DNA of 60,270 nucleotides, the filler included, from Globobulimina sp. (lineage: Eukaryota): NCBI GenBank assembly GCA_003354225.1. It is 15 parts of 15 records of this genome, joined end to end, with 100 filler letters (N's around TTAATTAATTAA, not from the genome) between each part and the next. Parts side by side here need not be neighbours in the genome. Positions count along the whole stretch, not along the records: positions 36,241 to 40,164 come from PIVH01001881.1; positions 40,265 to 44,188 come from PIVH01001882.1; positions 44,289 to 48,210 come from PIVH01001883.1; 12 more parts are not named here. One strand, written 5' to 3'. Below are positions 36,243 to 47,759 of the stretch, in pieces (positions within the stretch are counted from its first letter, which is position 1; each line of letters starts with the position of its first letter). The notes beneath the pieces are model-generated. The model made no database searches. It saw only the letters and a program-made list of their open reading frames with translations, and was not told the DNA's origin. The position numbers were made by a program, and so were the translations under genes.

Positions 36243-37295
36243 AGTAAAACCTATCGTAAAATGGATGAAAAAGAGAGTGATAATTCAATAAAACAAAGAC
36301 ATTCAAAATATGCAAATTGGGGCAAGTTTCTGCGTGAATGTATTGAAGTATTTGGCACATTATTTGAAGACGCAAAACAAGAAGAATTTAAGCTGTTTTT
36401 CCATGGTATTTCGTGTAAAATGCGATTTGAAGGTTTTTATCAGCGATTTTACGGTCCCACTTCAACCACATTAAGAGAGGAAATCGCAAGAATGTTTGCT
36501 GGAATTGGTATTATTATTACCATAAAAAATGATGGTGCGGCAATCTCTTTCTTTAATTGTATGAGTTGGAGTGATTTCGGACCTGAAGCAGAAATGCTTT
36601 TTATTGGCGGATTACAACCCTTAGAAATCTGCGGTTTACGGGTAATTGAAGAAGATATAAATTATGATCAAGAAATACAATCCATGAAAATATTTGAAAC
36701 TGGATTTATTATAGGAACACCATCCACAGATAAAGTATTACCAACACACAAAGAGATAATCTATAAACTGATAAATAATAATAAATCATTACCAAAATAT
36801 ATACAAACATTATTTAAAAATATGTTATTCAAAACAAAAACTATTGGCATTGATATTGGATTTATGAATAAAGAGATTTGTTATGTTCGAGATAATGGTA
36901 TTCCAATGTATGGATATTCAATAATGAAAGATATATATTTAAGTAAAAAGAATAGTATCAAATTCAAGGAAATTAAACAATTATTTCCAATATTAACAAC
37001 CATTTATATTACGTGTATTGATAAAATAAAAAATAAGTGGAATGGTCGTCAAACAATTGCATCAATATTAATAACAGATGGATTTTTATTGCAAATATTA
37101 TCGTATTTATCAAATAAAAATAATACCTGGAAATGGATTGATATTTGGAATCCAAAAAATAGTATGAAATCATTAAATGAATTAATAAATAAACATTCAA
37201 TCAAATATGCTAAATATAATTATAAATTAGAGATTCAACAAAATAATCATCCTCGATATGGGAAATTTCATTCTTTTCGTGTGAGTCCTTTGTAA
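36243..37295 (+). CDS. Putative ADP-ribosyltransferase-fold protein, 5'-partial
   Basis: FFHG ... GPTSTT....A..FA...G.I..I ... WSDFGPEAEMLF has the spacing of the R-S-ExE ART motifs, with His at the first position. Confidence 0.5.
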   Translation, partial: SKTYRKMDEKESDNSIKQRHSKYANWGKFLRECIEVFGTLFEDAKQEEFKLFFHGISCKMRFEGFYQRFYGPTSTTLREEIARMFAGIGIIITIKNDGAAISFFNCMSWSDFGPEAEMLFIGGLQPLEICGLRVIEEDINYDQEIQSMKIFETGFIIGTPSTDKVLPTHKEIIYKLINNNKSLPKYIQTLFKNMLFKTKTIGIDIGFMNKEICYVRDNGIPMYGYSIMKDIYLSKKNSIKFKEIKQLFPILTTIYITCIDKIKNKWNGRQTIASILITDGFLLQILSYLSNKNNTWKWIDIWNPKNSMKSLNELINKHSIKYAKYNYKLEIQQNNHPRYGKFHSFRVSPL

Positions 37296-37457
37296 TTAAT
37301 AAACTGTTTAAATCTTAGGTATTCTCATCTCACTTTGTGTCATTTTCAAGACGTTGTGAGTTGCAGCAGCTTAGAACAGCGGCTTGATCGCATTTGTGTG
37401 ATTTCAAAGTGTGTGTACATTCATTATTTAAAATGGCAGAATTTTACAACAGAACAA

Positions 37458-38663
37458 TTACCAATTAACAGAAGGATGCATATTTTTTGCAAGATATTGG
37501 CTACAACTTATTTTTCTTTGATCTTTTAATGTTATTTTAAAATCAAAATTTGGTCGAATTAAATTTGTATCTAAAATTCCATTTGGATCCGCATAACAAA
37601 ACAATGGAAATGATATTCGATCATTCGATTTAAACGCATTTTTTACGGAATGATAACATGAGACGCGATCATGTAATAAAGTGCCCAAACTCAACCCAGT
37701 CATTACAAATAATACATCTTTTCTGTCCACCTTCTGTTCATTAAGAATATGCTCCAAATCAATCCATTCGAAATTCATAATATCACGAACTTGCAACCCC
37801 GCCTCATTCGCCATTACCATTGTAATCAACGTATAATCCATATGTTCTTCACATGGCACTGCTGCACCGACACCGCCATCCTTTTTATCAATGCTTTTCC
37901 TCTTCATTTTTTCTAATAAACTTCTTTTTCGTTTCTTATTTTTGTCCCCAAAATATTGTATCGCTGCTAAATTATTCAAAGATAAATTATGTACTTTTCT
38001 GCATTGATGATACACTGCGGATTCTGGATATTTTTGGTCATCATCATCAGCATTGTTTTTATGGTCAGTTTTATTGTCATCTTTCATGTCAATGTCATTG
38101 TCATCGTTTTTGTTATCTGTAGTTTCAACGCGTTTGGCATTCATTTTGTTTTTAGGAAATAAATTATTCCAACATTGAATATATGACTGTTTATCCTTAC
38201 ATTGATGCTGTAGGAGAGCATGGAGTGCATCCTTTGCAATGTCGTTGTAATTCGTGAACGCATCATACACTTTTTTATCATTGTTATTTTGATAGAAAAT
38301 AGATTTCTTATTTTTAATGTTAGGAAACAATGATTTATGCTCATAATCTAAATAAAACCATAATGATTGTTTTAAATGAAGTGTTGATGTATAACCAACA
38401 TATTGTCGTTGTTCATCACATTGCAATGGTTTATTTGATTGGAATATTTTCCCAAAAATATCAAATAAATATGATAAGGATGGCTTATACCGATCGGGAA
38501 TCTTAATCAATGCAAATGTATCAGTTGTCAATGCGTGGCTAAATTCTTTTCTATCGTCTTTATTGCTCAAGTCATAAATTTTGTATTTCTTTTTTATTGG
38601 TTTGAATTGTGGCAATTTTGATTTTTTAATACGTATACTTGCCATGATTGGGTGCACAGCCAT
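37458..38663 (-). CDS. 2-oxoglutarate/Fe(II) dioxygenase (IPNS-like)
   Basis: HxD in EEHMDYTLITM, GLQV, distal His in CYHSV and RxS in RISFPLF. Confidence 0.85.
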   Translation of the reverse strand: MAVHPIMASIRIKKSKLPQFKPIKKKYKIYDLSNKDDRKEFSHALTTDTFALIKIPDRYKPSLSYLFDIFGKIFQSNKPLQCDEQRQYVGYTSTLHLKQSLWFYLDYEHKSLFPNIKNKKSIFYQNNNDKKVYDAFTNYNDIAKDALHALLQHQCKDKQSYIQCWNNLFPKNKMNAKRVETTDNKNDDNDIDMKDDNKTDHKNNADDDDQKYPESAVYHQCRKVHNLSLNNLAAIQYFGDKNKKRKRSLLEKMKRKSIDKKDGGVGAAVPCEEHMDYTLITMVMANEAGLQVRDIMNFEWIDLEHILNEQKVDRKDVLFVMTGLSLGTLLHDRVSCYHSVKNAFKSNDRISFPLFCYADPNGILDTNLIRPNFDFKITLKDQRKISCSQYLAKNMHPSVNW

Positions 38664-38689
38664 TCCGAGTCGTGCCTTAATGATTTGGT

Positions 38690-39543
38690 TGATGCGTTGG
38701 CAAAATGTGCCGCCGGAACAGTAAAATTAATGTTTACAGATGAAATTACAGAGAGAATAGACGATGGCGACGAAAAAAATCAAAATAGTAAAACAAGGAA
38801 TGAGTCCGAATATGAAAATGATTTGTTTACAAATAAAAATAAGCACGTTTTACACAGTGATTATAAAACGTGGCTCAATCCCAATAATATGATCGCATAT
38901 AAAACAATAAAATCAGAAATTAGATATTTGGCAGATAAATATGATGAAAAATATTGGGACGACAATAAATACGGATTATATTACAGTACAAGTCCGTATG
39001 GATGGGGCAGACATTATTATGAATTAAATATACGTTGGAATCCTAAAAAATATGCCCAAGTAATCCCATATCTGTCAGCGATGGAAAATGATATACGTGT
39101 CATGTGTATGGCGGATCAGTTGCCACTAAATTAACACATATATGGCATATAAAGCGAATGATCATTCAATCGAACCATATTGCTATCAACATACTGAACA
39201 TAGTGAATGTTGTATGCAACGATATGATGAGACAATAATGCATTATTTCATCGAATGCCAGGCTGAGCACTATATCGCACCGCGTCTGATATTAATTAAT
39301 ACTGTCAAACTCGTCTATGATACATATAATAAGTCAGTAACAAAGAGTAAATATAAGAAAGTCTTCGATATAAATGGTGGTATCAATCACATACAAAAAT
39401 CTCTGTTTTTCCCTCCCTTTAAGATAGAAATAAAAGAACGTGTTAAATATATCAAAGATACCCGATCTGACTTGTTAAAGATGTACAAAAATGGAAAATG
39501 CCGTAAATATAATGCGGCTCCAATCGATTATGATGATATGTAA
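38690..39543 (+). mobile_element. Probable 3' remnant of a non-LTR retrotransposon ORF2
   Basis: QLPLN followed by a stop/frameshift, then C...C..DETIMHYFIEC (zf-RVT-like CCHC); A-rich sequence downstream; no RT core in the contig. Confidence 0.45.
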
Positions 39544-40446
39544 ATATTTGATTGGATGAAGACGTAATTAGCAAATATGGTGCCAACCAATCTATATATA
39601 CATAATTAAAAAAATAAAAAAAAAACAAATAAAAATAAATATGTATATAAATGAGCAAAATGAAAAAAAAGACAAATAAAAAAAGTATTAGTATCATTTA
39701 TTTATTATTTTTATTTACTTTTATCTATCACAATAAAATAATAATTGTATTTTAAATACGGATTATTTATTTTATAGAACATTTTAAAAATGTCTTGTTG
39801 TGTGTAAAATTTTTCTGTGCAGATAGTTACATAACATTATATTAATAAATTTTCTATTTTTCAATCTTTTTCCAATTTTACCAATTTAAACTCTTCCTAT
39901 TTTTCTCCTTATTTACATATTCGGAGTTTTATCTGGTAACAAATAAAACGCAGTGTTATGATTCTTAACTATTAAAAAGTGTTTTTACTTATTTATGTAT
40001 TTAGTTTTAGTCACTTTACTTCACTCTCCTCTTACAATACACTTATCTTATCTTATTTTTGCAGAAGCAGAGCAAACCAGTGCCAGAGCAGGGCGAACCA
40101 ACAAATCATTGATTGTCAATTAGGGCAGTATATCGCTATATGGCTTTTTCAATGACCGTACTTGNNNNNNNNNNNNNNNNNNNNNNNNNNNNNNNNNNNN
40201 NNNNNNNNTTAATTAATTAANNNNNNNNNNNNNNNNNNNNNNNNNNNNNNNNNNNNNNNNNNNNCATGTTCAATTCAACAGTTTTTCACTCAACACAAAA
40301 TATTACATAATTAATTAATGTAACAATGACAAATATACTCGACCATTGATTGAAAAAAGAATTGCAAACACAACAAAACAAAAATAAAGCTAAGCAATTA
40401 TCATTGATGTAAACATAAATGGCATGGAATCTTTCATTCATAATAT

Positions 40447-41794
40447 ATGCATACTATATACCTAAAAACCGAAGGATTCTGGTTTGGTGCACGCACTGCT
40501 CAAACAACTACATTTTCTGAATTTGTACCGCTTGGTATTGATAAAGACAACATTGACATGAAAACGGTATCGTTCATTGATTTAGATCAAGATTGCAGAG
40601 CTGACTTGGTTTACATTACCATACAACCGAGAGAAGTTAAAATGATATCTGGCGTTAATTTTGCCATTGCCGCACAGCGAAATGCCAGAACCCTGCTGCT
40701 GCTCAACGATACTTATCAATCTCGAATGTATTTTGCAGACATAAATAAAGATGGTATGTACTTATGACTTATGTACGCGTGCAATTGCAATTATTTTGTT
40801 TTGAACATTACTTTTAGGCGCAATGGATATAATTATCCCCACAAAGAAGAATGTACTACAGCTGTTCGTCCAGGACAATGAGCACTGTTTAGGATTCAAG
40901 CAATTATGTTCGCAGTCTGTGGCAGTAGCTTTTAAACCAAACACTGGCATTCCATTGACGTTGGCAGACGCACCGAAAGGTTTTGAGCTAAACCAGGATT
41001 TGCCGGTAATTGTGCAAGATATCAATATGGATTCTAAAATTAACATTGTTGCTGTTTTAGCACATTCAGATGGACGACGGCAAGTTTATGTGACTACCAT
41101 TCCAGACTCAGACGTCGCAGTTTCTGAGGCAACACAAATAAGACATGATGCCAATATTGGCAACTTATTCGAGGATAAGAAATTTAAAGATGTTGCATTC
41201 TTTCATTCAGGCGAATTTCCGCTGGGACTCCATTTTTTGATCCAAAGAGAGGATGACTCCTTCGGTTGGATCGATTTGCAGCCATTGCTAAATGACAATG
41301 GCTATGGATTTTTATCAATTTGTCCGTTGAATGATGTAACACCGGCATTGAAAAGATATGGTGGAACAATGCCCGGTGTGACAGTAAAAGCATTTTTTCG
41401 GTCAAGAAATGGAAAAGAAATATTTTTAAATTCGGGAACTTTATACCAGACAAACACAGGGAATCATTTATTGCCATTTGTGGTGTTTGGATTAGGAGAT
41501 CCGGACTCATATATTGAGAAACTTGTGATTGGATATTCAATTTATGAGCGTGACCACACCCATATCCAACCGGGAGTGCCGCCCAATTCACAGCTTGTGT
41601 TGTTTGCCTATGATCAGTGGAGATTGGAAACGTTTTTAGCGCCATATATAACTGCACCAATTTTAGCAATGATTATTGCTGTGGTCATGACCATTCTTGG
41701 TGGTATGTGGCTGTATTTAGAAATTCAAGAAAAGAAATCTGCCACACATGACCAATTAAAAGGGTCAACCACTGCTAACAACTTTTTTTTCTAA
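40447..41794 (+). CDS. ITFG1: ITFG1/TIP/LINKIN-like FG-GAP repeat type I membrane protein, 5'-partial (intron 40754-40817)
   Basis: FG-GAP loops DLDQDCRADL, DINKDGAMDI and DINMD; PFVVFGLG...YIEKL and PPNSQLV; TM helix followed by EKK. Confidence 0.78.
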
Positions 41795-41895
41795 TATTGA
41801 CACGACCATTGAAAAAGTTATTTAAATTTTTTATTTTAATTGAAGACTATATAAAGCATAAAGTATAAACATAAACTACAAAGCATAACTAAATG

Positions 41896-41951
41896 TAGGG
41901 TACCAATGGGCATATCAAAACATAGGGTACCCAAAAATGTTTTGATATGCC
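41896..41951. repeat. Short inverted repeat between convergent genes
   Basis: ggcatatcaaaacat (41909-41923) pairs perfectly with atgttttgatatgcc (41937-41951); tagggtacc occurs twice. Confidence 0.8.
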
Positions 41952-41965
41952 ATAATGCACCATGT

Positions 41966-44188
41966 CTATTGTTTCAATTTATTGATATGATTCATAATTG
42001 CAATTTGATGAGCTTTAAAAGTAATTCCAATATCGTTTAAATCATGTTTGTTATTGATTGCCTTGACAAGTTTCATTGAATCAAATCCATGTTGTATAAA
42101 AATATCGTAATATCCACCAAATTCTATTGATTTCAACCATATCCTGACTCGTTTTGCTCCATCTTCATTTACATCATAATTAATTCCTTCATTTTCATCC
42201 GATTCACTGTTTTCCCCAATTACATTATCTGCCGCTTTTACAGAACCACGATCCACTATTTCCACAATGGCATCATCCTCCTCTTTTAACGCAAATATAT
42301 GCCCAGCGGTGGTTTTATTTAATTTTGCTCTCCCAAACGGAAAACAATTCAACCACCACGCGCTTAAACAATATAATATTAAACAAAATAATATCACCAC
42401 AACCCCGCCTACAATGATCCAATAAATTATATCAATGCCTAAAAATGTGAGGTCATCGTCATCTTTGTCATCATAGATATCTCCGATATTCACAATCGCA
42501 CTCAAATCATTTTCCACTTCGTCTGCAATCAATAATTTATTAACATACACTGTTGGTTGTTGGTATATGTCCAAATACTTAAATGCAATGAAATCAATCT
42601 CTTTTTCATAAATATCGCCGTCTAATTCAATCATACCCATTGCCATTGATACTTGTGATGCATTTAAATCATGTTTTGCATAAAGAATATCGTCACAAAA
42701 CGTATCCTTTATGGATAGTATATCCCTATCGATTTGTATGTTGACTGCAAATGTCTTACCAACAACGTTCCATTCGCATGCACGTGCACTCGAATTGACA
42801 TACACACCGAATGACGAATATACAATACGAGCCTGCGGGTATCCGTCATACACGATTTGTATCACATTATCACGGCTTTCATTCGTATACTGCTCAGCGC
42901 CCAATACTATAAAGTGTGCATATCTCCCTTTTTGAGTCATGGTCTCTGCCTCTTCAATGTACGTAACATCGCCAATAATAACCTCTTTATCGGCTGGTCT
43001 GACAATACCCATTTTAATAATAAATGGTATTTCAAATTCATAGCTGTCCCCAGCAATGATTGTGTTACCAACGAACATGATCGCTCCTTGATCATTGTCA
43101 TCGATATCTGGGCCATAACTCTTGTCCCAAATGGCTTGATTAAGCCCATCAAACTCTGTAAAAAATTGCGTATAAAATATATTTGAAAATCTACCAACGA
43201 TGCCGCCATCATATGCATTATTATGGTTATCCTCTTTAAATGAGCCAAACCAAACATAGGCTTTAATATCTTGTGCCGTTATATCGCTTGCCAGGACTAC
43301 TAAATCTGAGCAGCTGTGGGCATCAAAAGCAACAGTAACCAGGTCCTCCGTAGTGGTGATACTGACATCCAACGAAGTATTTGCAATTGTATCATTCCAG
43401 CACTTTGTATTAAATTGTTTGGCTGTCGCATTATACAAACTGGCTTCTTGCGTAACACAATCGTATTTTAATAATATGGAATTATTCGCCAATGCGGCGT
43501 AGGATGGACCTAAGGCAATAAACCAATTATTACATTCATCTTCGACGCTAAATAGAGTGCTACGTAGTTTTAAGGGATATACGATTTCATCCACTGAGCG
43601 GATAATATTTACCAAGGCCGGATTATTTGGTATAAATTGTACATCATTTCCGGGGGTCTCTGCGAGCGCAATTCTACCATTCACATAATATGGTTGCTCC
43701 ACGTCCCATATCTCATTATTAAAGGATAGGAATTCATCACTAAAAGAGATCAAATAACAACCTTTGCTCACTGCAAATGTGCCATCTGTTAAACATTTAT
43801 ATTTATCCGCCGTGCCTTTGCTGCCAAAACTGCAGTCTGCGCTAAATTCTTGCTGTTGATAGTATGAATTGGATATATTAAAAGGATCGATGCAGGTATT
43901 TAGCCATGGAGTGGGTGCTTGTGATGGTGCGGTGGAGGGAGTCGGGTTACAAACGCCTTGCGTGAATGTATAATTTGTGTAATTACCGCCAGCGTCAGAG
44001 GCATAGACGAAGGTGGTGCAGAACAAAGGGCTTTCGACGTATCCGGGAGCGCAGGCAATTAGACCACTGCCCGATTTGCCGTACACCCAATTGGCATGTT
44101 TGCTGATTCTATAGTACCATCTGTATGAGGGATCGTCTTGGTTTACCCAATAGGTTCGATTGGAATTACACACACTGGGGTCCTGTGT
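41966..44188 (-). CDS. Type I membrane protein with cytoplasmic SAM domain, 5'-partial
   Basis: Cys-rich and beta-rich ectodomain with a PTP linker; TM IYWIIVGGVVVILFCLILYCL; SAM VRIWLKSIEFGGYYDIFIQHGFDSM...LNDIGIT..HQIAIM. Confidence 0.8.
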   Translation of the reverse strand, partial: TQDPSVCNSNRTYWVNQDDPSYRWYYRISKHANWVYGKSGSGLIACAPGYVESPLFCTTFVYASDAGGNYTNYTFTQGVCNPTPSTAPSQAPTPWLNTCIDPFNISNSYYQQQEFSADCSFGSKGTADKYKCLTDGTFAVSKGCYLISFSDEFLSFNNEIWDVEQPYYVNGRIALAETPGNDVQFIPNNPALVNIIRSVDEIVYPLKLRSTLFSVEDECNNWFIALGPSYAALANNSILLKYDCVTQEASLYNATAKQFNTKCWNDTIANTSLDVSITTTEDLVTVAFDAHSCSDLVVLASDITAQDIKAYVWFGSFKEDNHNNAYDGGIVGRFSNIFYTQFFTEFDGLNQAIWDKSYGPDIDDNDQGAIMFVGNTIIAGDSYEFEIPFIIKMGIVRPADKEVIIGDVTYIEEAETMTQKGRYAHFIVLGAEQYTNESRDNVIQIVYDGYPQARIVYSSFGVYVNSSARACEWNVVGKTFAVNIQIDRDILSIKDTFCDDILYAKHDLNASQVSMAMGMIELDGDIYEKEIDFIAFKYLDIYQQPTVYVNKLLIADEVENDLSAIVNIGDIYDDKDDDDLTFLGIDIIYWIIVGGVVVILFCLILYCLSAWWLNCFPFGRAKLNKTTAGHIFALKEEDDAIVEIVDRGSVKAADNVIGENSESDENEGINYDVNEDGAKRVRIWLKSIEFGGYYDIFIQHGFDSMKLVKAINNKHDLNDIGITFKAHQIAIMNHINKLKQ

Positions 44189-44522
44189 NNNNNNNNNNNN
44201 NNNNNNNNNNNNNNNNNNNNNNNNNNNNNNNNTTAATTAATTAANNNNNNNNNNNNNNNNNNNNNNNNNNNNNNNNNNNNNNNNNNNNTAACTATAAAAT
44301 CTATAATTGTATATTAATTGTATATCCTTGCACATACTGTGGTGGGTTGAATAATTTATTGATAGATCGAAGAATAACTCAATCCAACACACAGTAATGG
44401 TAAAAGAGAAAGATACAAATAGAGCAATGAGAATATAAAAATAACAAAGAGTCACAAAATGACACAAAAAAAGAGAGCGCTCATTTTGTATCCCGCAAAG
44501 CAAGCAAGTACGTAATAATTAA

Positions 44523-45270
44523 CTATTTTACACTATTTATTTTATCAGACAATAGGAGTGACAATGCGACCCATAGACTCACTTTCAAATATTCCGTGTC
44601 AGCTTTTGTTTTTTTGTCCATATTTTGATTTTGTTGTCGATACATTTTATTTTCATATTCATGCTCCATTAACCAGGGCGAGATATCATTCATTAATTGA
44701 TAATAATTTGTTTGTTGGCACCAAAACTCAACAAAACCGTATAATAAAACATGCTCAAACATCCGACCATTATTATCATGCATTTCTTCGTTATCATACG
44801 TTACATTTTTACCGTAATTTAAATCAAATAAATCATAGTCCAACACATATTGATTAATATTGGTTTTTGTGGTGGCCATGGAAATCGCGGATATCATAAA
44901 GCAACATACGAATAATAATATTAATACCAATGAATAGTATGTAAAAGTAATATGGGTTTCATCGGTATATTGACTATATTCCGTTGTTTGTTGATCATCA
45001 CTGGATTCATTCGATTGTATTGATTCTATTTCTATTTCGCTGACACTGCTACAATCACTATAAGTGCCTGAAGAACCGTCATAGTCAGAATCTAAAAACC
45101 CTGACTCTATCAATCTGGCGACTGTTCTTTCCTGTATATGATATTAACAATTAATTAGCAAATGATCAGCCAGAAACGACAAAACGTACTATGTTTAGAG
45201 CATGTTCTTCTTCCAACGCTATTAGCTCTTTCTCAGCGAACTGAATGGTAGTTCCTAAGAAATCCTCCAT
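44523..45270 (-). CDS. Hypothetical membrane protein (intron 45132-45189; 3' exons unresolved)
   Basis: A 27-codon first exon splices in frame to ORF 45113; acidic segment and a TM helix. Confidence 0.5.
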
Positions 45271-45381
45271 AGGTTACTATCGATCACTGCATTTGGGAAA
45301 GATGTTTTTTTAGTTAAAATAAAGTGAGTTGAGAAAGAGCTACGTAGTAACTAGTATATAACAGTCAGAACGTCTCAAACA

Positions 45382-46076
45382 ATGTCAACTAAAAAAAAGA
45401 AGGGAGAAACAAAACCCAAAAAGAAGGGAGAAACAAAACCCAAGAAGAAGAAAGAAAAGAAACAATCAAAAGATGATATTAAACGAACAGATATGCGAAG
45501 ATTAATTGGCGGAGTGCTCGGTGCCATCATACTCTTATTATTCGTTAAGAAACTAATATTTTATAATTCGTATACCACTCTGATAATTATAATTATTAAT
45601 GATAACAGATCATCGCAATGGGAATAAACAAATTATCCACACATTCATCATTATCAACGGAAGTAATTTGTGGTTGGAATGAAGTGGAAGGATGTTCGAA
45701 TGGTGAATGTGATACAGTTAAATACAAAGATGAGTGCGATGATTGTGATGGTGAATGCAATGCATGCGATACAAAATCTGGTGGCCAAGCATGGATTGCA
45801 TTTAATGTATTGTCTTTTTTTATTTTATTAGCTGGCGTAATTGGTATTTTTTTGGCGCATTTTATACCAAAAATAAAACCATATGCAAAATGGATGAAAA
45901 TATTTTATTGTATACCAATAGTGTTCTCACTTCTTGCCGTTATTGCATGGGTTGCATCCAATGATTACCCTCAAAGTTGTTATGAAAGAAAAAAGGGTCT
46001 TGGCTTAGGTGCATCAAATACTATCGATATAATCAATTTATTTTTATTAATTATTGGCGTTATATTGGTATTTTAG
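45382..46076 (+). CDS. Four-TM claudin/PMP22-like membrane protein (intron 45544-45608)
   Basis: K-rich N-terminus, TM1 spanning the splice, Cys-rich loop and three further TM helices. Confidence 0.6.
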
Positions 46077-46168
46077 TCTCACAAATTCTTTATTATTGTT
46101 TCATTTGTGTTTGTGTACATAACTATAATCGCAAAAAATAAACCCGCGAAACACTTGTATATACTTTC

Positions 46169-46280
46169 TAGATTGGCTCAGAGGGATTAGTTTTTAGATT
46201 ATCCTCGCACACCAGGGAGCTGCTGATAACAATACACAGGATCTAAAACGTCTAAAAACTAATCCCTCCGAACCAATCTA
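46169..46280. mobile_element. MITE-like element with 30-bp terminal inverted repeats, TA at both ends
   Basis: tagattggctcagagggattagtttttaga matches the reverse complement of tctaaaaactaatccctccgaaccaatcta at 28/30. Confidence 0.75.
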
Positions 46281-46295
46281 CAAGGAAAGTCATAA

Positions 46296-46554
46296 AGAAT
46301 TCGTGCATTTAACTGAATCGAAAGCAAAGTCACTAATTCAGTGCAATTTTATTCGTCCCAGCAACGATATCAAGGTTTCTAAAAACTTTATGATATAAAA
46401 AATGTAGGTAATTCTGTATTATATCCGTTTCAACATAAATATGATTGATATAATTAAACATTTATTCGATTAGACTAATAAATATAGACTGTAGACGGAT
46501 AAAATCAACTGAATTATCGATTTTGCTTTCAATTCAGTTAAATGCGCTAATTCT
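46296..46554. mobile_element. MITE family A, copy 1 (~60-bp imperfect TIRs)
   Basis: agaattcgtgcatttaactgaatcgaaagcaaa... and ...ttttgctttcaattcagttaaatgcgctaattct; second copy on another contig at 54054-54260. Confidence 0.85.
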
Positions 46555-46809
46555 ATTCAAATTTTTAACGTATAGGGAAACACCAAAAACAAATAATATA
46601 TACAATACTACAATAGACGATTTTTTTTAAAACACTATACATAAAGTTGTCAATATTGTGGATAATACAGAAAATAAAACGTATTGTATTGCTTGGTCTT
46701 CACAAAAAAATTCCCGCGCAATCTCTGATGTCCAGTCACAGCGATTTGCTAACAATGACCATGGATGGGTGCTACACAAAGTGAACTGAATATTATTAAA
46801 TTCATATAC

Positions 46810-47493
46810 TTAGTCAATATATATATATATATATTGCATACATATTGATGAATACTTAACATTTCTTCGACAATTACTCAAATCGCGACATGAATCTGTA
46901 CATTCGAGGACAGAATCATCATAAAGATATTGTGCAATCCGTTCATTTTGAGTACATTGCGCATCATCATAATTATAAACCGTTGCATTAAACCAGGTAC
47001 ACTCAATAATTTGATACGTTGTTCCATCCAATGTCGGTACACATTTTTCTGTGAGATACACTTCATCATAAAATTGGGAATCAAATGAATCGCATGATGA
47101 ATATACACGAATATCTAAAAATTCACATGTTGCATTTGCTTCTGTTTCATTACAATTAAAATCTCGAACAATCGATGAATCAGAATCGATTTGGATGCTA
47201 GATCCTGTTGTTAAATCTGTAGAAATTTCGCCTGATATTGCTGTACTTGGATCACATTCTGAATCATCAAATTCTGAATATTTTATTAAACCATTTGATT
47301 GACATTCAAACATTCCGCTACTACTTTTACCATAACTCATACAAACGTATGGTACGTATGATATTAGATATGTGCCCTTTGTGGTATCTAATTGAACCTG
47401 TAAATATGTACAATTTGTGTCAGTCCATTCACTTAAACATATTGTAATACTACTAAATATTGTTACAAATATTAACGATAATGTGGTAGCCAT
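46810..47493 (-). CDS. Secreted cysteine-rich protein (further 3' exons likely)
   Basis: Signal peptide MATTLSLIFVTIFSSITIC; two related Cys modules (C..Y/F.D..C); probable GTTAAG donor near 46860. Confidence 0.6.
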   Translation of the reverse strand: MATTLSLIFVTIFSSITICLSEWTDTNCTYLQVQLDTTKGTYLISYVPYVCMSYGKSSSGMFECQSNGLIKYSEFDDSECDPSTAISGEISTDLTTGSSIQIDSDSSIVRDFNCNETEANATCEFLDIRVYSSCDSFDSQFYDEVYLTEKCVPTLDGTTYQIIECTWFNATVYNYDDAQCTQNERIAQYLYDDSVLECTDSCRDLSNCRRNVKYSSICMQYIYIYID

Positions 47494-47759
47494 TGTTGCG
47501 TCTTGAAGTTTTCTCAAAAACTCGGAGAAAACGTTAACGATATATTCAATACTTGACGATTAAAAACATCTGTCCGTGTCAGCAGACCCACAAACCCCAT
47601 TTCTTCAACGATGAATTATCTATTTTTTCTTGGTATTACTAGTATTCCAAATGAACGAAACAAACAACCCGAAATATATTTTATATAACAAACATAACAT
47701 AACCAGGTTTAGCATTACATTTTAGTCATCAAATATCAGCAGAAATAGATTGCACAAGT

